Assembly: GCA_022449545.1 (NCBI GenBank)
Contig: JAKUPN010000005.1
Location: 3,897 to 67,896 of the forward strand
Direction of reading: 5' to 3'
Source: Alphaproteobacteria bacterium
GTDB taxonomy: Bacteria > Pseudomonadota > Alphaproteobacteria > UBA6615
Length of the DNA stretch: 64,000 nucleotides
Under the pieces are notes generated by a model. The model did no database searches. It was not told the DNA's origin and saw nothing but the letters and a program-made list of their open reading frames with translations. The first letter of the stretch is position 1. Each line of letters opens with the position of its first letter. The position numbers were made by a program, and so were the translations under genes. Shown here piece by piece: positions 9,903 to 20,224 of the stretch.

Positions 9903-11348
9903 CTAACTACTTGAGCTAGGAATATCCTCAGCTGATCCATTTCCAGGCTGACCAGATCCAACAACACCACCCTGCACACCCAAAGACTTTAATTTCCTAT
10001 GTAAAGCTGATCTTTCCATGCCTACAAAATTTGCTGTTCTCGATATATTGCCACCGAAACGAGTGATCTGTGCTCCCAGATATTGTCTTTCAAATTCCTC
10101 TCGAGCGTTGCGTAGAGATAGGCTTAAAAGTTCGATACTAGTATCTTGTCTAAGTATAGAGGGAGATATACCTCTAATTTCAGGTGGCAACATATCAACT
10201 TGAACAGGCTTGTCATGTTCTGCTGGTGTCATTATTAGTAGCCATTCAATGACATTTCGAAGTTGTCGAACATTACCGGGCCAGGTATATCCTTGAAGAG
10301 ATGCCATTGCGTCAGTGCCTATTTTTTTCGGAGCAAGACCAGAAGCTTGAGATGATTGATCCATAAAATGCTCAGCTAACAAGGGTACGTCATCTCGTCT
10401 ATGTGAAAGATTCGGCACTTCAAGTGGAACGACATTCAGTCTATAGTATAAATCCTCCCGGAAATTGCCAGCCGCAATCTCAGCGGTCATATCTTTAGTT
10501 GTTGTGGCGACGACCCGAACATCAACTCTTACTTTCTGTGTTCCCCCAATGCGAACAAATGTTTGCTCTTGAAGAGCTCTTACAATTTTTCCTTGTGTTT
10601 CAATCGGCATGTCTGCCACTTCGTCCAAAAGCAGAGTGCCTGTATGCGCCTGTTCAAACAATCCTATTCTTGCGGATCCATTCTCATTAATGCTTGTCTC
10701 AGATTCAGATCCAAATAGCTCTAATTCCATTCTTTCAGGGGCCATCGTGGCACAATTTATAACGACAAATGGTTGTTCTGAGCGTGAGGAAAAACGATGC
10801 AACATGCGAGCAGCTACTTCCTTACCCGAACCAGCCGGCCCATATATTAAAACTCTACTTCCTGTAGGTGCAGCTTTTTCTATCGCCTGCCTTAATTGGT
10901 TTATAGATGTAGAATTTCCTATCAACTCAGCCTCTACACCCGCCCTTAATCGAAGCTCTTCATTTTCTCGTCTTAATCGTGCAGATTCAATCGCCCGAGC
11001 TACTATAAGCAGAAGACGATCTGATTTAAAAGGTTTCTCTATAAAGTCATAAGCGCCCATTTTAATAGCCTGAACCGCCATTTCTATAGATCCATGTCCA
11101 CTAATCATAACTACTGGTATTTCAGGATATTCAACATTAATTTTCTCAAGCAATTGTATGCCGTCGAGACTACTATTCTCAAGCCAGATGTCTAGTATTA
11201 TAAGGCTTGGGCGTCTTATGCCTAATTCTTCGATCGCTTGCTGACTGTTACTAGCGTCTCGAGTTTCATAGCCCTCATCATCCAAGACGCCTGATATCAA
11301 CAAGCGTATATCATCTTCGTCGTCGACTATCAAAATATCGTTTGCCAT
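9903..11348 (-). CDS. ntrX: Sigma-54-dependent response regulator NtrX
   Basis: A receiver domain (ILIVDDEDDIRLL...DIWL) is followed by an AAA+ sigma-54 activator domain (GPAGSGKEVAARMLH, GAFTGA-like) and a C-terminal HTH. It sits downstream of ntrY. Confidence 0.85.
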   Translation of the reverse strand: MANDILIVDDEDDIRLLISGVLDDEGYETRDASNSQQAIEELGIRRPSLIILDIWLENSSLDGIQLLEKINVEYPEIPVVMISGHGSIEMAVQAIKMGAYDFIEKPFKSDRLLLIVARAIESARLRRENEELRLRAGVEAELIGNSTSINQLRQAIEKAAPTGSRVLIYGPAGSGKEVAARMLHRFSSRSEQPFVVINCATMAPERMELELFGSESETSINENGSARIGLFEQAHTGTLLLDEVADMPIETQGKIVRALQEQTFVRIGGTQKVRVDVRVVATTTKDMTAEIAAGNFREDLYYRLNVVPLEVPNLSHRRDDVPLLAEHFMDQSSQASGLAPKKIGTDAMASLQGYTWPGNVRQLRNVIEWLLIMTPAEHDKPVQVDMLPPEIRGISPSILRQDTSIELLSLSLRNAREEFERQYLGAQITRFGGNISRTANFVGMERSALHRKLKSLGVQGGVVGSGQPGNGSAEDIPSSSS

Positions 11349-11390
11349 TAAAACCCTACTAACCAGACTATTCTTTTGATTCTTTAGTGG

Positions 11391-13730
11391 TCATATTTTA
11401 CCACTCTTAGAAGATTCGGATCTAACAGGAAAAATAATACTAATTTTTGCCCCCTTACTTTTTTTAGTAGATTTATTTGTTGAGTAATCTATTTGATTTA
11501 TATCTTCTAACCGCAGATGTCCCTCGTGCTGTTCAATAATACGTTTAACAATGGCCAACCCTAACCCAGTACCTTTGGATCGTGTGGTAATATAAGGCTC
11601 GGTTAATCTATCACGTTGTGTCTCGGGTAATCCTTTACCATTATCTATAACAGTAATTACAACTGACTCTTCTTCCTTATGAAGCAGTAATGTTATCTCA
11701 CCCTTAAAGAGTTTATCACTATTTTTATCAGGAATTCGTCCTTCTATAGCCTCTATTGAATTACGTAATAGATTTGTTAACGCCTGCGTGATAAGGCCTT
11801 CATCGCATGATGCATAGAGATCATCTTGGTTGAACACATAATGAAAAGATATCTCTGGATGGGCATTTTTCTGAAGAATAAATGAGCGCTTACAAACCTC
11901 TACAAGATTTGTATCCAAAAATATAGGATTGGGCATCCTTGCAAAGGCGGAGAACTCATCAACCATTCTACCTATATCTGTAACCTGCCTTACTATTGTA
12001 TCAGTGCATTGCTCAAATGTTTCTCGATCTGATATTATCTCTTCTGCATATTTACGTTTCAATCTCTCAGCTGATAGTTGTATAGGAGTAAGAGGATTTT
12101 TGATCTCATGCGCTATACGTCTAGCAACGTCCGCCCAAGCTGCTTTTCGTTGGGCAGAAAGTAACTCGGTCATGTCATCAAAAGTTACAACATAACCAAT
12201 AACTGTGACAGAGTTATCATATTCGGCAGCTATTCGCACGTGAAGAGTCCTACTTTCCTCACCTATGGTTAGAGTAACGTCATCTTCGACTAATCGATCT
12301 GTGTTAGCTAAAGCCAACTTAATACATCCTGCCATCTCAGGAACAACAGCAGCTAGTGGCTGTCCTGCTAATTCACCTACACCAGCACCAAGTAAGGCTG
12401 ACGCTGATCTATTCGGCAAATTAACTCTAGCCTCTTTATCAAGCCCTATTACACCTGCTGACACCCCAGCCAAAACAGCTTCTGTGAATCTTCTCCGATC
12501 TTCTAATTGTCTATTTGCTTCAACCAGTTCACTGCGTTGTTCATCTAATTGTCTTGTCATTCGATTAAATGCCCGAGTCAATGTGCCGAGTTCATCTTTC
12601 GCATCATCACCATCTATACGAACACCAAGATTTCCTGAACGAACCAGCTCCGTTCCTCTTACTAGCTTAGTAATAGGCCCAGTCATTCGATTAGCAAAAC
12701 CTAAACCAACCCCTACTGCAACAAGTAAAAGCAGTAGTGTCACTATTACAAAAATGGTTGCGAATTGTAGTTGTAATCCAGTGCGGCGTGATTCAAGTTG
12801 AGCATACTTTTGAGCTGCTTCTTGGGTTCTTTCGACATAGCCAATGACGTTAGAATCAACCCATCTACCTACATAGAGATAGGCCTGTGGTACAGTATTC
12901 AGACCAATAAGAGCTCGAACTCTATCGTCTGCATTACTTGTTAATATTACTATTTCACCTCTATTGGCTTGTTCAAAAGCATCTTTAGATGGCCATTCTA
13001 GCTCTAAAGAAGCTGTTAATCCTGCTCTTGCAATAATCTGTCCTTTTTCATCAAAAACCATTGCTTCAGGTAAATTTCTGAGGGCTGCTTGGATATTTAC
13101 AGTCCTTTCAACTCGGGAAAGATTAGTACTGAACCGAGGCCAACTACGATTTAAATCTTTCCCCATAGCTACTGCATCAGCTGCAATTACACGCTTATGT
13201 TCTGCTAGATATGCATCAGCCACAACTACCGAGTTTTCTACTGCAGTACGAACTCTTTCATTAAACCAAGCTTGAACTTGTGTATTAAAAATAAGAGCAG
13301 CAAGAACGACGACAATGATAGCAGGTAGAACTGCAACCAGGGAAAAGAGAGAGACAAGCTTGATATGAAGCCTAGCCCCAATAGACCCAGCTCTTCTTCT
13401 TGTTAATAACCGAACCAGAATCCAGGTAATCGTAACCCCGAGCAATAAAACAAGGGCCAAGTCAACAACAATGAGAATGAGTACCGTTTCTTGAGTTATA
13501 CCAAATCGAGAAACATTTGTTATAGCTATAAACGTTGCCGCTACAGCAAAGGCAGCGAGGATCATCAACAAAATAGAAAACCGACGGCCTAAGTTTCCAT
13601 CACTTACCCTTCTACCAAGTAATCGAATCATTAATGGCTCTACATCAACTTCAGATGTCTGATTTTTATCTTTGACATTAGCGCTCAACTTCTTATTGAC
13701 CTCCTGATGTCTAATTAGGCAAGCATACAA
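11391..13730 (-). CDS. ntrY: Sensor histidine kinase NtrY. The true start is probably internal, at MIRLLGRRV near 13631.
   Basis: N-terminal TM segments are followed by a HAMP/PAS region, a HisKA H-box (AHEIKNPLTPIQLSAERL) and an ATPase domain (GTGLGLAIVKRIIEQHEG). Confidence 0.85.
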   Translation of the reverse strand: MYACLIRHQEVNKKLSANVKDKNQTSEVDVEPLMIRLLGRRVSDGNLGRRFSILLMILAAFAVAATFIAITNVSRFGITQETVLILIVVDLALVLLLGVTITWILVRLLTRRRAGSIGARLHIKLVSLFSLVAVLPAIIVVVLAALIFNTQVQAWFNERVRTAVENSVVVADAYLAEHKRVIAADAVAMGKDLNRSWPRFSTNLSRVERTVNIQAALRNLPEAMVFDEKGQIIARAGLTASLELEWPSKDAFEQANRGEIVILTSNADDRVRALIGLNTVPQAYLYVGRWVDSNVIGYVERTQEAAQKYAQLESRRTGLQLQFATIFVIVTLLLLLVAVGVGLGFANRMTGPITKLVRGTELVRSGNLGVRIDGDDAKDELGTLTRAFNRMTRQLDEQRSELVEANRQLEDRRRFTEAVLAGVSAGVIGLDKEARVNLPNRSASALLGAGVGELAGQPLAAVVPEMAGCIKLALANTDRLVEDDVTLTIGEESRTLHVRIAAEYDNSVTVIGYVVTFDDMTELLSAQRKAAWADVARRIAHEIKNPLTPIQLSAERLKRKYAEEIISDRETFEQCTDTIVRQVTDIGRMVDEFSAFARMPNPIFLDTNLVEVCKRSFILQKNAHPEISFHYVFNQDDLYASCDEGLITQALTNLLRNSIEAIEGRIPDKNSDKLFKGEITLLLHKEEESVVITVIDNGKGLPETQRDRLTEPYITTRSKGTGLGLAIVKRIIEQHEGHLRLEDINQIDYSTNKSTKKSKGAKISIIFPVRSESSKSGKI

Positions 13731-13798
13731 ACCTTATCTTTAATATAATCACAGCATCAGTAACTAGAGTTAATTCTTAATAGTTAGTGAGTATTAAT

Positions 13799-15253
13799 TC
13801 ACTTTATTCCACGTACTACTTCAATATCTAGTTCTCTTATTTTTTTACGTAAAGTATTACGGTTTAAACCTAGTAATTCAGCAGCTTTAATTTGATTGCC
13901 ATTAGTCATTTCTAACGTAACTGCTATTAATGGCCTTTCAAACTCTCTAATTGACCTTGAATATAGTCCACGTTTAGTGGACTTAGACCCTTCAGAAAAT
14001 GCGTTGTATCGTATATATTCTTCTACAAATTCTTCTAATGACTGATTACTTTTCTTTAGATCTAGTTCTGCATTTACTGAGGTGTCAGAAAGTTCAGCTT
14101 CTATCATACCGACGTCAACAATTTGCTGACTATAAAGAACCGAAAGTCTTTGAATAAGATTTTCTAGTTCTCTTACGTTGCCTGGCCACCTATAGTCTTT
14201 AAGTCGGTCATAGGCTGTTTTCTCAATGGACTTAACTCTGGAACCATCAACCTTCGTTTTTTCAAGAAAATGAGATACCAGTTCAGGAATATCTTCAGTT
14301 CTTTCACGTAAAGGTGGTATTCTTAGTGGTACAACATTTAGACGATAAAACAAATCTTCACGAAACATCCCTTGACGCACGGCGGTTCTCAAATCTCTCT
14401 GAGTAGCGGCTATTATTCGAACATTTGAACTTATAGGAGACTGGCCACCAACCGTTGTATATTCACCTTCTTGCAAAACTCTTAATAATCTAGTCTGTGC
14501 TTCTATAGGCATATCACCAATTTCGTCGAGAAAAAGCGTTCCACCATCCGCTTGTTCGAAACGCCCGACCTTTTTTGAGGTTGCGCCGGTGAAGGCTCCT
14601 TTTTCATGCCCAAATAATTCACTCTCAACAAGTTCTCTCGGAATAGCAGCCATATTCACTGCAACAAATTCACCAAAATTTCTTTTTCCATAGTCATGCA
14701 AAGCTTTTGCAACCAGTTCTTTTCCAGTACCAGATTCACCGGTTATCAAAACAGTAAGATCCGTTCCCATTAATCGTGCAACAACTCTATATATTTCCTG
14801 CATAGCAGGAGACCTTCCAATTAAAGGTAATTTATCATCAGTAGTAGAACTTGGTTCTGTTTCTTGATTTATCGAAGACCAATCATCATGGGAATTCAAA
14901 GCCCTTTGAACTATCTCTATTAAATCTTTCAGATCGAATGGCTTGGGTATGTATTCAAAAGCACCCCTTTCAGTGGCCCGAATAGCAGTTAATAAAGTAC
15001 TTTGTGCACTCATGACAATTATTCTTAGGTCCGGTCTAAGTTTTCGTATTCTAGGTATTAAGTCCAATCCATTTTCATCTGGCATAATTACATCGGTAAT
15101 AACTAAATCACCATCACCGTCAGACACCCAGCGCCAGAGATTTGCTGCATTGCTAGTTGTACGTACATCATGACCCATTCTACCTAGGGCCTGGCTAAGT
15201 ACAGTTCTTATTCCCTGATCATCATCAGCGATTAGTATAGAAGCATAACTCAT
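13799..15253 (-). CDS. ntrC: Nitrogen regulation protein NR(I), a sigma-54-dependent response regulator
   Basis: It has a receiver domain ([14 protein letters not shown]), an AAA+ domain ([21 protein letters not shown]) and a C-terminal Fis-type HTH. There is a 4-nt overlap with ntrB. Confidence 0.9.
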   Translation of the reverse strand: MSYASILIADDDQGIRTVLSQALGRMGHDVRTTSNAANLWRWVSDGDGDLVITDVIMPDENGLDLIPRIRKLRPDLRIIVMSAQSTLLTAIRATERGAFEYIPKPFDLKDLIEIVQRALNSHDDWSSINQETEPSSTTDDKLPLIGRSPAMQEIYRVVARLMGTDLTVLITGESGTGKELVAKALHDYGKRNFGEFVAVNMAAIPRELVESELFGHEKGAFTGATSKKVGRFEQADGGTLFLDEIGDMPIEAQTRLLRVLQEGEYTTVGGQSPISSNVRIIAATQRDLRTAVRQGMFREDLFYRLNVVPLRIPPLRERTEDIPELVSHFLEKTKVDGSRVKSIEKTAYDRLKDYRWPGNVRELENLIQRLSVLYSQQIVDVGMIEAELSDTSVNAELDLKKSNQSLEEFVEEYIRYNAFSEGSKSTKRGLYSRSIREFERPLIAVTLEMTNGNQIKAAELLGLNRNTLRKKIRELDIEVVRGIK

Positions 15254-16374
15254 GATTTGTTCATTAATAATGTATGGTTTATTGGAAGAAGAACACGAAA
15301 TTCTGTTTTTCTATTTTTAGTAACTAGTTCTACGACACCACCATGTGCGTCAATAATCTTTGCTACTAGAGCTAAACCTAATCCACTTCCATTTTGTTTT
15401 GTTGTTACAAATGGATCAAATAAACACGTTTTTAAATCGTCAGGTACCCCATCACCATTATCACGAATAATAATTTCCATAGGAAGATCAATATATTCAT
15501 TACTAGAAGAAACAGAAATTCTAGTTCCATGTCGATACCGAGTCATCAATTCTATTTGCCCGCCATTGTTTGGTACAGCTTCTGTAGCATTTTTTAATAA
15601 ATTAAGGAAAACTTGTACTAACTGATCTCGGTTTGCATGTATATTAGGTAAAGATGGATCATACTCTTCAATAATATTAACGTGACGGCCAAACCCATTA
15701 TGAACGAGTTGACAAACGTGGTTTAGCACTTCGTGTATATTTATATGGTCTCTTTCAGGAGGCTGAGTATCAGAAAAAAAGCTCATGCGATCTAGTAACA
15801 GAACGATCCTATCTGTCTCATCGCAAATTAATTTTGTAAGGCCTAAACTTTCTTGACTAACCTCATCTTCCAATAACTGAGCAGCTCCTCTTATTCCGGA
15901 TAATGGATTTTTAACCTCATGAGCAAGCATAGAAGCCATAGCGGTTACTGACCTCACTGATCCCCTATTAGTAATATTTTTCCCCATTTGACGTGATATT
16001 AAATGTGTTTGAAGCATTAAAACTATATAATCACTACCTTCCATGTAAATGGTAGCCCTGACATCAATGTCGTGTGACCCTATTTTGGGGCTTTCTAAAT
16101 GAACATCAGACTCTACAACTGAAGAATTAGATCTACGACATTGTTCAATAATAGAGAAAAGAGGTGAATCTAACGGAATAAGAACTTTCAGTTCTAAACC
16201 AGTTAATAAAGAAGCACTAATACCTAATAACTTCTCTGCTGCATGATTAACAAAACATATAACATTTTCGCTATCCACTAAAATAACAGCATCAAATAAA
16301 GAATTTATGAGTGATTCAGCGTCAATTGCCCCCCCTGGTAAAGTTAATTGAGAAGAGTTCTTTATATTAATCAT
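15250..16374 (-). CDS. ntrB: Nitrogen regulation sensor kinase NR(II)
   Basis: It has a PAS domain, an H-box ([19 protein letters not shown]) and a G-box ([18 protein letters not shown]). It overlaps dusB by 4 nt. Confidence 0.9.
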   Translation of the reverse strand: MINIKNSSQLTLPGGAIDAESLINSLFDAVILVDSENVICFVNHAAEKLLGISASLLTGLELKVLIPLDSPLFSIIEQCRRSNSSVVESDVHLESPKIGSHDIDVRATIYMEGSDYIVLMLQTHLISRQMGKNITNRGSVRSVTAMASMLAHEVKNPLSGIRGAAQLLEDEVSQESLGLTKLICDETDRIVLLLDRMSFFSDTQPPERDHINIHEVLNHVCQLVHNGFGRHVNIIEEYDPSLPNIHANRDQLVQVFLNLLKNATEAVPNNGGQIELMTRYRHGTRISVSSSNEYIDLPMEIIIRDNGDGVPDDLKTCLFDPFVTTKQNGSGLGLALVAKIIDAHGGVVELVTKNRKTEFRVLLPINHTLLMNKS

Positions 16375-17408
16375 ATTCGAAAAATCCGCTCGTTAGATTG
16401 AAAGAATTTTTCAATTGCTGATCTGACAACAAATGGATCCATTGTATTATTTATTATATTCCTAAAAACATTGGCTCCAGAGATCCCTCTAGAATACCAA
16501 GCCATATGTTTCCTTGAGTTACGAATGCCGCTCTCAATACCGTAATGATGCAGCATTTCATGAAAGTGGTTTATAGCCAAAGATTTACGTTCAACCATCG
16601 TAGGCAATGGAACTATAACTCCATTTTTTAAAAACTGTGATATATGACCTAACAACCAAGGCCTCCCCTGAGACGCACGGCCAATCATTATTCCATCGGC
16701 ACCAGATTCAGTGAGACAATTAACAGCATCCTCACAGTTTTTTATATCTCCGTTTGCTATAACCGGAATACCAACAGACTTTTTTACTTCTCTAATAAAT
16801 TTCCAATTAGCCTGATCTTTAAAAAACTGACATCTAGTTCTTCCATGAACAGTAATCATTTGAATGCCTACTTCTTCTGCCAAGATAGAAAGTTCTGGAG
16901 CATTAAGAGTTTCGTTATCCCAACCCATTCGCATTTTGACAGTGACTGGAATGCTTACACTTTTTACAACTGAATCCATAATTTTTGTAGCTAATGTTAA
17001 ATCTCGCATTAGTGCAGAACCAGATAACTTTTTAACAACACTTTTAGCAGGGCACCCAAAGTTTATATCAATTATACTTGCCCCGCGATCTTCCAATATC
17101 TTTGCTGCTTCACCCATTAAATAAGGCTCTGTACCTGCTAGTTGAACAGCTATTGGCCCCTCCTCTCCTAACAATGTTGATTTACGTTTTGATTGCTTGG
17201 TGCATCTAATTATTTCTGCGCTTGCAATCATTTCCGAATAAGTAAGATTGGTCGAATATTTATTTACTGTTTTTCGAAATGGCTGATCACTGATACCAGA
17301 TAATGGAGCTAAAAAAACTCTACTAGGAATTGTGACATTACCGACAGTAATACTATTATTGACGCTCATAAAATAGGCACCGATATCATTTGCATAAATT
17401 ATAGGCAC
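16371..17408 (-). CDS. dusB: tRNA-dihydrouridine synthase B (NifR3). The ATG at 17369 (MSVNN...) is a plausible true start.
   Basis: A TIM-barrel Dus signature is present: VFLAPLSGISDQPFR and CPAKSVVKKLSGSALM. It has the conserved position upstream of ntrBC. Confidence 0.9.
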   Translation of the reverse strand: MPIIYANDIGAYFMSVNNSITVGNVTIPSRVFLAPLSGISDQPFRKTVNKYSTNLTYSEMIASAEIIRCTKQSKRKSTLLGEEGPIAVQLAGTEPYLMGEAAKILEDRGASIIDINFGCPAKSVVKKLSGSALMRDLTLATKIMDSVVKSVSIPVTVKMRMGWDNETLNAPELSILAEEVGIQMITVHGRTRCQFFKDQANWKFIREVKKSVGIPVIANGDIKNCEDAVNCLTESGADGIMIGRASQGRPWLLGHISQFLKNGVIVPLPTMVERKSLAINHFHEMLHHYGIESGIRNSRKHMAWYSRGISGANVFRNIINNTMDPFVVRSAIEKFFQSNERIFRI

Positions 17409-17409
17409 C
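17373..17409. promoter_or_regulatory. 9-bp direct repeat ATAGGCACC x2, 28 bp apart, at the dusB 5' end and dusB/ispDF divergent region
   Basis: Exact copies lie at 17373-17381 and 17401-17409. The GC-rich core is in an AT-rich context. Confidence 0.3.
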
Positions 17410-17456
17410 TTACACTTTATTTATAAGATCTTACAACATATAGAAAAAATATATTA

Positions 17457-18683
17457 ATGTTGGCAAAGTTTTACGTCATGTTTAATTTAAATCAAAACAA
17501 TATGATAGAAAAACAATTGATTAATAACATTGCCCTAATTTTAGCCGCAGGTGTAAGTAATCGACTGCCAGGTAAACTTCCTAAGCAATATCTAGATGTT
17601 GGTGGCCGTTCATTACTTCGAATGACTATCGACGCATTTCGATGTCATCCTAATATAAATAACGTAAAAGTTGTAATAAATAAAAATCATCAAGACCTTT
17701 ATAAAAATACCGTTAAAGATTTAAAGATATTGCCACCAACTTTAGGAGGCGATACTCGACAAAAGTCTGTAAAACTCGGATTGGATTCTATCGAAGAAAT
17801 AAATCCTTCCCACGTGTTGATTCATGATGGAGCCAGGCCTTTAGTTTCATCAGAAATTATTAATCGAGTATTAGAAAAACTTCATGTAGCAAATGGAGTT
17901 ATACCAGTTCTTCCCGTTAATGATACGATTAAGAAAGGAATTAATGAAGCTTCACCATCACCTATTGATCGATCTGACTTGTGGAGAATACAAACACCGC
18001 AGGGTTTTAATTTTAGAATGATTCTAGATGCTCACCGTTCAAACGAACTCGTAGAAATTACCGATGATTCAATACTTTTTGAAAAGTTTGGAAAGAGTTG
18101 TACTCCAATAACCGGTTCTGAGGAAAATATAAAAATCACAAATCAAAATGATCTAATTTGGTTGAAGCGCATTTTATCCAGTAATAAATTACTAAAGGTT
18201 GCTACCGGATACGACGTTCATCGGCTTGGAGCAGGCAAAGGAATACGTTTGTCAGGAATAACAATACCATCAGAAAAAAGCTTGATTGCTACATCTGATG
18301 GCGATGTAGTTTTACACGCGATTACTGATGCTATTCTTGGGGCTCTAAGCGCTGGAGACATAGGTCATTATTTTCCTCCTGATGACGAGACATGGAAAAA
18401 TGTTGATTCAACTGTGTTTTTAGAAAAATCACTGGAGATAATGAGAGCCAGACAAGGTTATATAAGCCATATAGATGTAACAATAGTATGCGAAGAACCC
18501 AGAATTTCTCCCTATAGAAAAGAAATGATTGATAGATTATCATCCCTGTTGGATATTTCGCTTGATTGTGTGAGCATTAAAGCAACTACAACAGACGGAC
18601 TGGGCTTAAGTTTTAAAGATCAGGGAATTGGCGCTATAGCAACAGTTTCCATTTCTATTGCAGATATACATCCACAATTATAA
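17457..18683 (+). CDS. ispDF: Bifunctional 2-C-methyl-D-erythritol 4-phosphate cytidylyltransferase and 2-C-methyl-D-erythritol 2,4-cyclodiphosphate synthase. The likely start is at 17502 (MIEKQ).
   Basis: The N-terminal IspD domain has ILAAGVSNRL and VLIHDGARP. The C-terminal IspF domain has GYDVHRL...SDGDVVLHAITDA. This fusion is typical of alphaproteobacteria. Confidence 0.9.
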   Translation: MLAKFYVMFNLNQNNMIEKQLINNIALILAAGVSNRLPGKLPKQYLDVGGRSLLRMTIDAFRCHPNINNVKVVINKNHQDLYKNTVKDLKILPPTLGGDTRQKSVKLGLDSIEEINPSHVLIHDGARPLVSSEIINRVLEKLHVANGVIPVLPVNDTIKKGINEASPSPIDRSDLWRIQTPQGFNFRMILDAHRSNELVEITDDSILFEKFGKSCTPITGSEENIKITNQNDLIWLKRILSSNKLLKVATGYDVHRLGAGKGIRLSGITIPSEKSLIATSDGDVVLHAITDAILGALSAGDIGHYFPPDDETWKNVDSTVFLEKSLEIMRARQGYISHIDVTIVCEEPRISPYRKEMIDRLSSLLDISLDCVSIKATTTDGLGLSFKDQGIGAIATVSISIADIHPQL

Positions 18684-18687
18684 TTTT

Positions 18688-19209
18688 ATGAACAATCCCA
18701 AAAGAAAACCTGAATTCCATTTAATATTAGCTTCTTTAATAGCGACTGGTGCGGGAGTAGGAAAACTACCTATAGCTCCAGGCACTTGGGCTTCCATTGT
18801 TGCAATCCCCGTAGCTTCATTACTTTATATATTAGGGGGAACATGGCTTCTGTCGGTTACTATATTTCTTGGGTTTGTTATTGGAATATTTGTTAGCAGT
18901 TATCAAGCACAAAAATTAGATGATAATGATCCATCTGAGGTTGTAATAGATGAATTTATAGGTATGTGGCTATCTATTTTGCCAATTGCTAGCGACTGGC
19001 GGTACTATATTATTGCTTTACTACTGTTCAGGTTTGCAGACATCTTTAAACCATGGCCATGCAAAGCTGTTGAACGTTTGCCTGGTGGATTAGGTATTAT
19101 GATGGATGATATAATAGCTGGATTATACGCAGGAATATTAGTGTCTGTTATAGCAGTTTGGTTTGGAACTAGTCCGAACATACCTATTTTGGAATCAATT
19201 TTGGAATAA
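18688..19209 (+). CDS. pgpA: Phosphatidylglycerophosphatase A. The start is chosen at MNNPKRK; the track ORF begins at 18658 and overlaps ispDF.
   Basis: The PgpA motif LILASLIATGAGVGKLPIAPGTWASIVAIP is present, with hydrophobic helices. Confidence 0.8.
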   Translation: MNNPKRKPEFHLILASLIATGAGVGKLPIAPGTWASIVAIPVASLLYILGGTWLLSVTIFLGFVIGIFVSSYQAQKLDDNDPSEVVIDEFIGMWLSILPIASDWRYYIIALLLFRFADIFKPWPCKAVERLPGGLGIMMDDIIAGLYAGILVSVIAVWFGTSPNIPILESILE

Positions 19210-19212
19210 CTA

Positions 19213-19710
19213 ATGATGTTTGATGACCAATTACTCTATGATGCCGATCAGATACTCAAACTATGCAAAAAATTCGATATCAAGTTATCTACAGCAGAAT
19301 CTTGTACAGGAGGACTGATTATTTCATGTTTAACAGAAATTTCGGGATCATCAGACGTTATTGATAGAGGGTTTATTACATATTCAAATGAGGCAAAAAT
19401 TGAACTTCTAGGAGTGCCTAATTTACTAATTGCACTTCATGGTGCAGTAAGTGAAGAAGTAGCCATCGCCATGTCAGAAGGCGCATTATCTCGATCAATG
19501 TCTGATATAACGATAGCAGTAACCGGAGTCGCTGGACCAGGAGGTGGTACAGAAGACAAACCAGTTGGGTTGGTACACTTTGCTTGTTCTGGTAGAGGAA
19601 GGACAACCCAGTCTTTGAAACAGATTTTTCCTGGATCACGTTCTGCTATAAGAGATGCTACGGTACAAACCGCTTTTACAGTTATTCGAAAGTTTTTAGA
19701 AGATAATTAA
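19213..19710 (+). CDS. CinA C-terminal-domain protein (PncC-like nicotinamide-nucleotide amidohydrolase)
   Basis: LSTAESCTGGLIISCLTEISGSSDV and VAVTGVAGPGGGTEDKPVGLV are present. It is a stand-alone CinA_C of 165 aa. Confidence 0.85.
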   Translation: MMFDDQLLYDADQILKLCKKFDIKLSTAESCTGGLIISCLTEISGSSDVIDRGFITYSNEAKIELLGVPNLLIALHGAVSEEVAIAMSEGALSRSMSDITIAVTGVAGPGGGTEDKPVGLVHFACSGRGRTTQSLKQIFPGSRSAIRDATVQTAFTVIRKFLEDN

Positions 19711-19731
19711 ATCGTTGGATTTATAAAATTA

Positions 19732-20202
19732 TCAATCATTATCTCCATACAATTCTTTTGCCCTCACCTCAAACGCGAACACCATTTTCTTAACGGCCTG
19801 GTGAAATAAAGCCCCTATTAATTGTTGGAATAATATTGATTTAAATTCAAATTCAACAAAAAAGTCTAACTCGCAACTTTTCACTTCTATGGGTCTAAAC
19901 TGCCAATGATTATTTAAGTACCTTAGAGGGCCCTTGATATACTCTACTTTTATACTTCCTCCATTTCCACTTTCATCTGGACGCAGTAAACGTACCCTTG
20001 TTCTTATTTTTTCTCGAAAAAACTGAAAACCAATTTCCATATCAGCTATAATTATTTCACTATCAGAGTCTTTTTCAGAGCTAATTCGATTAACTGACAA
20101 GCACCATGGCAAAAACTCTGGATATTTTTCGATATCAGAAACCAGATCGAACAATTGCGACGAGCTATGCGGTAATAATTTGATTTCTTTATGAGAAGGC
20201 AC
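19732..20202 (-). CDS. SRPBCC-family protein (RatA/COQ10-like polyketide-cyclase fold)
   Basis: 156 aa with EIKLLPHSSSQLFDLVSDIEKYPEFLPWC. It has the conserved neighbourhood next to lipA. Confidence 0.7.
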   Translation of the reverse strand: MPSHKEIKLLPHSSSQLFDLVSDIEKYPEFLPWCLSVNRISSEKDSDSEIIIADMEIGFQFFREKIRTRVRLLRPDESGNGGSIKVEYIKGPLRYLNNHWQFRPIEVKSCELDFFVEFEFKSILFQQLIGALFHQAVKKMVFAFEVRAKELYGDND

Positions 20203-20224
20203 GTATAAATCTATTCTTGGTCGA

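Noticed and set aside
10609-11052. 147-aa plus-strand ORF, along with 10018..10203 and 10499..10690, lying inside ntrX
   Set aside because: It is antisense to the AAA+ domain of ntrX and has no independent support.
12265-12801. 178-aa plus-strand ORF, along with 11929..12195 and 12964..13275, lying inside ntrY
   Set aside because: It is antisense to a well-supported histidine kinase gene. The translation is Ser/Thr/Ala-rich and low-complexity, as is typical of out-of-frame reading of a coding region.
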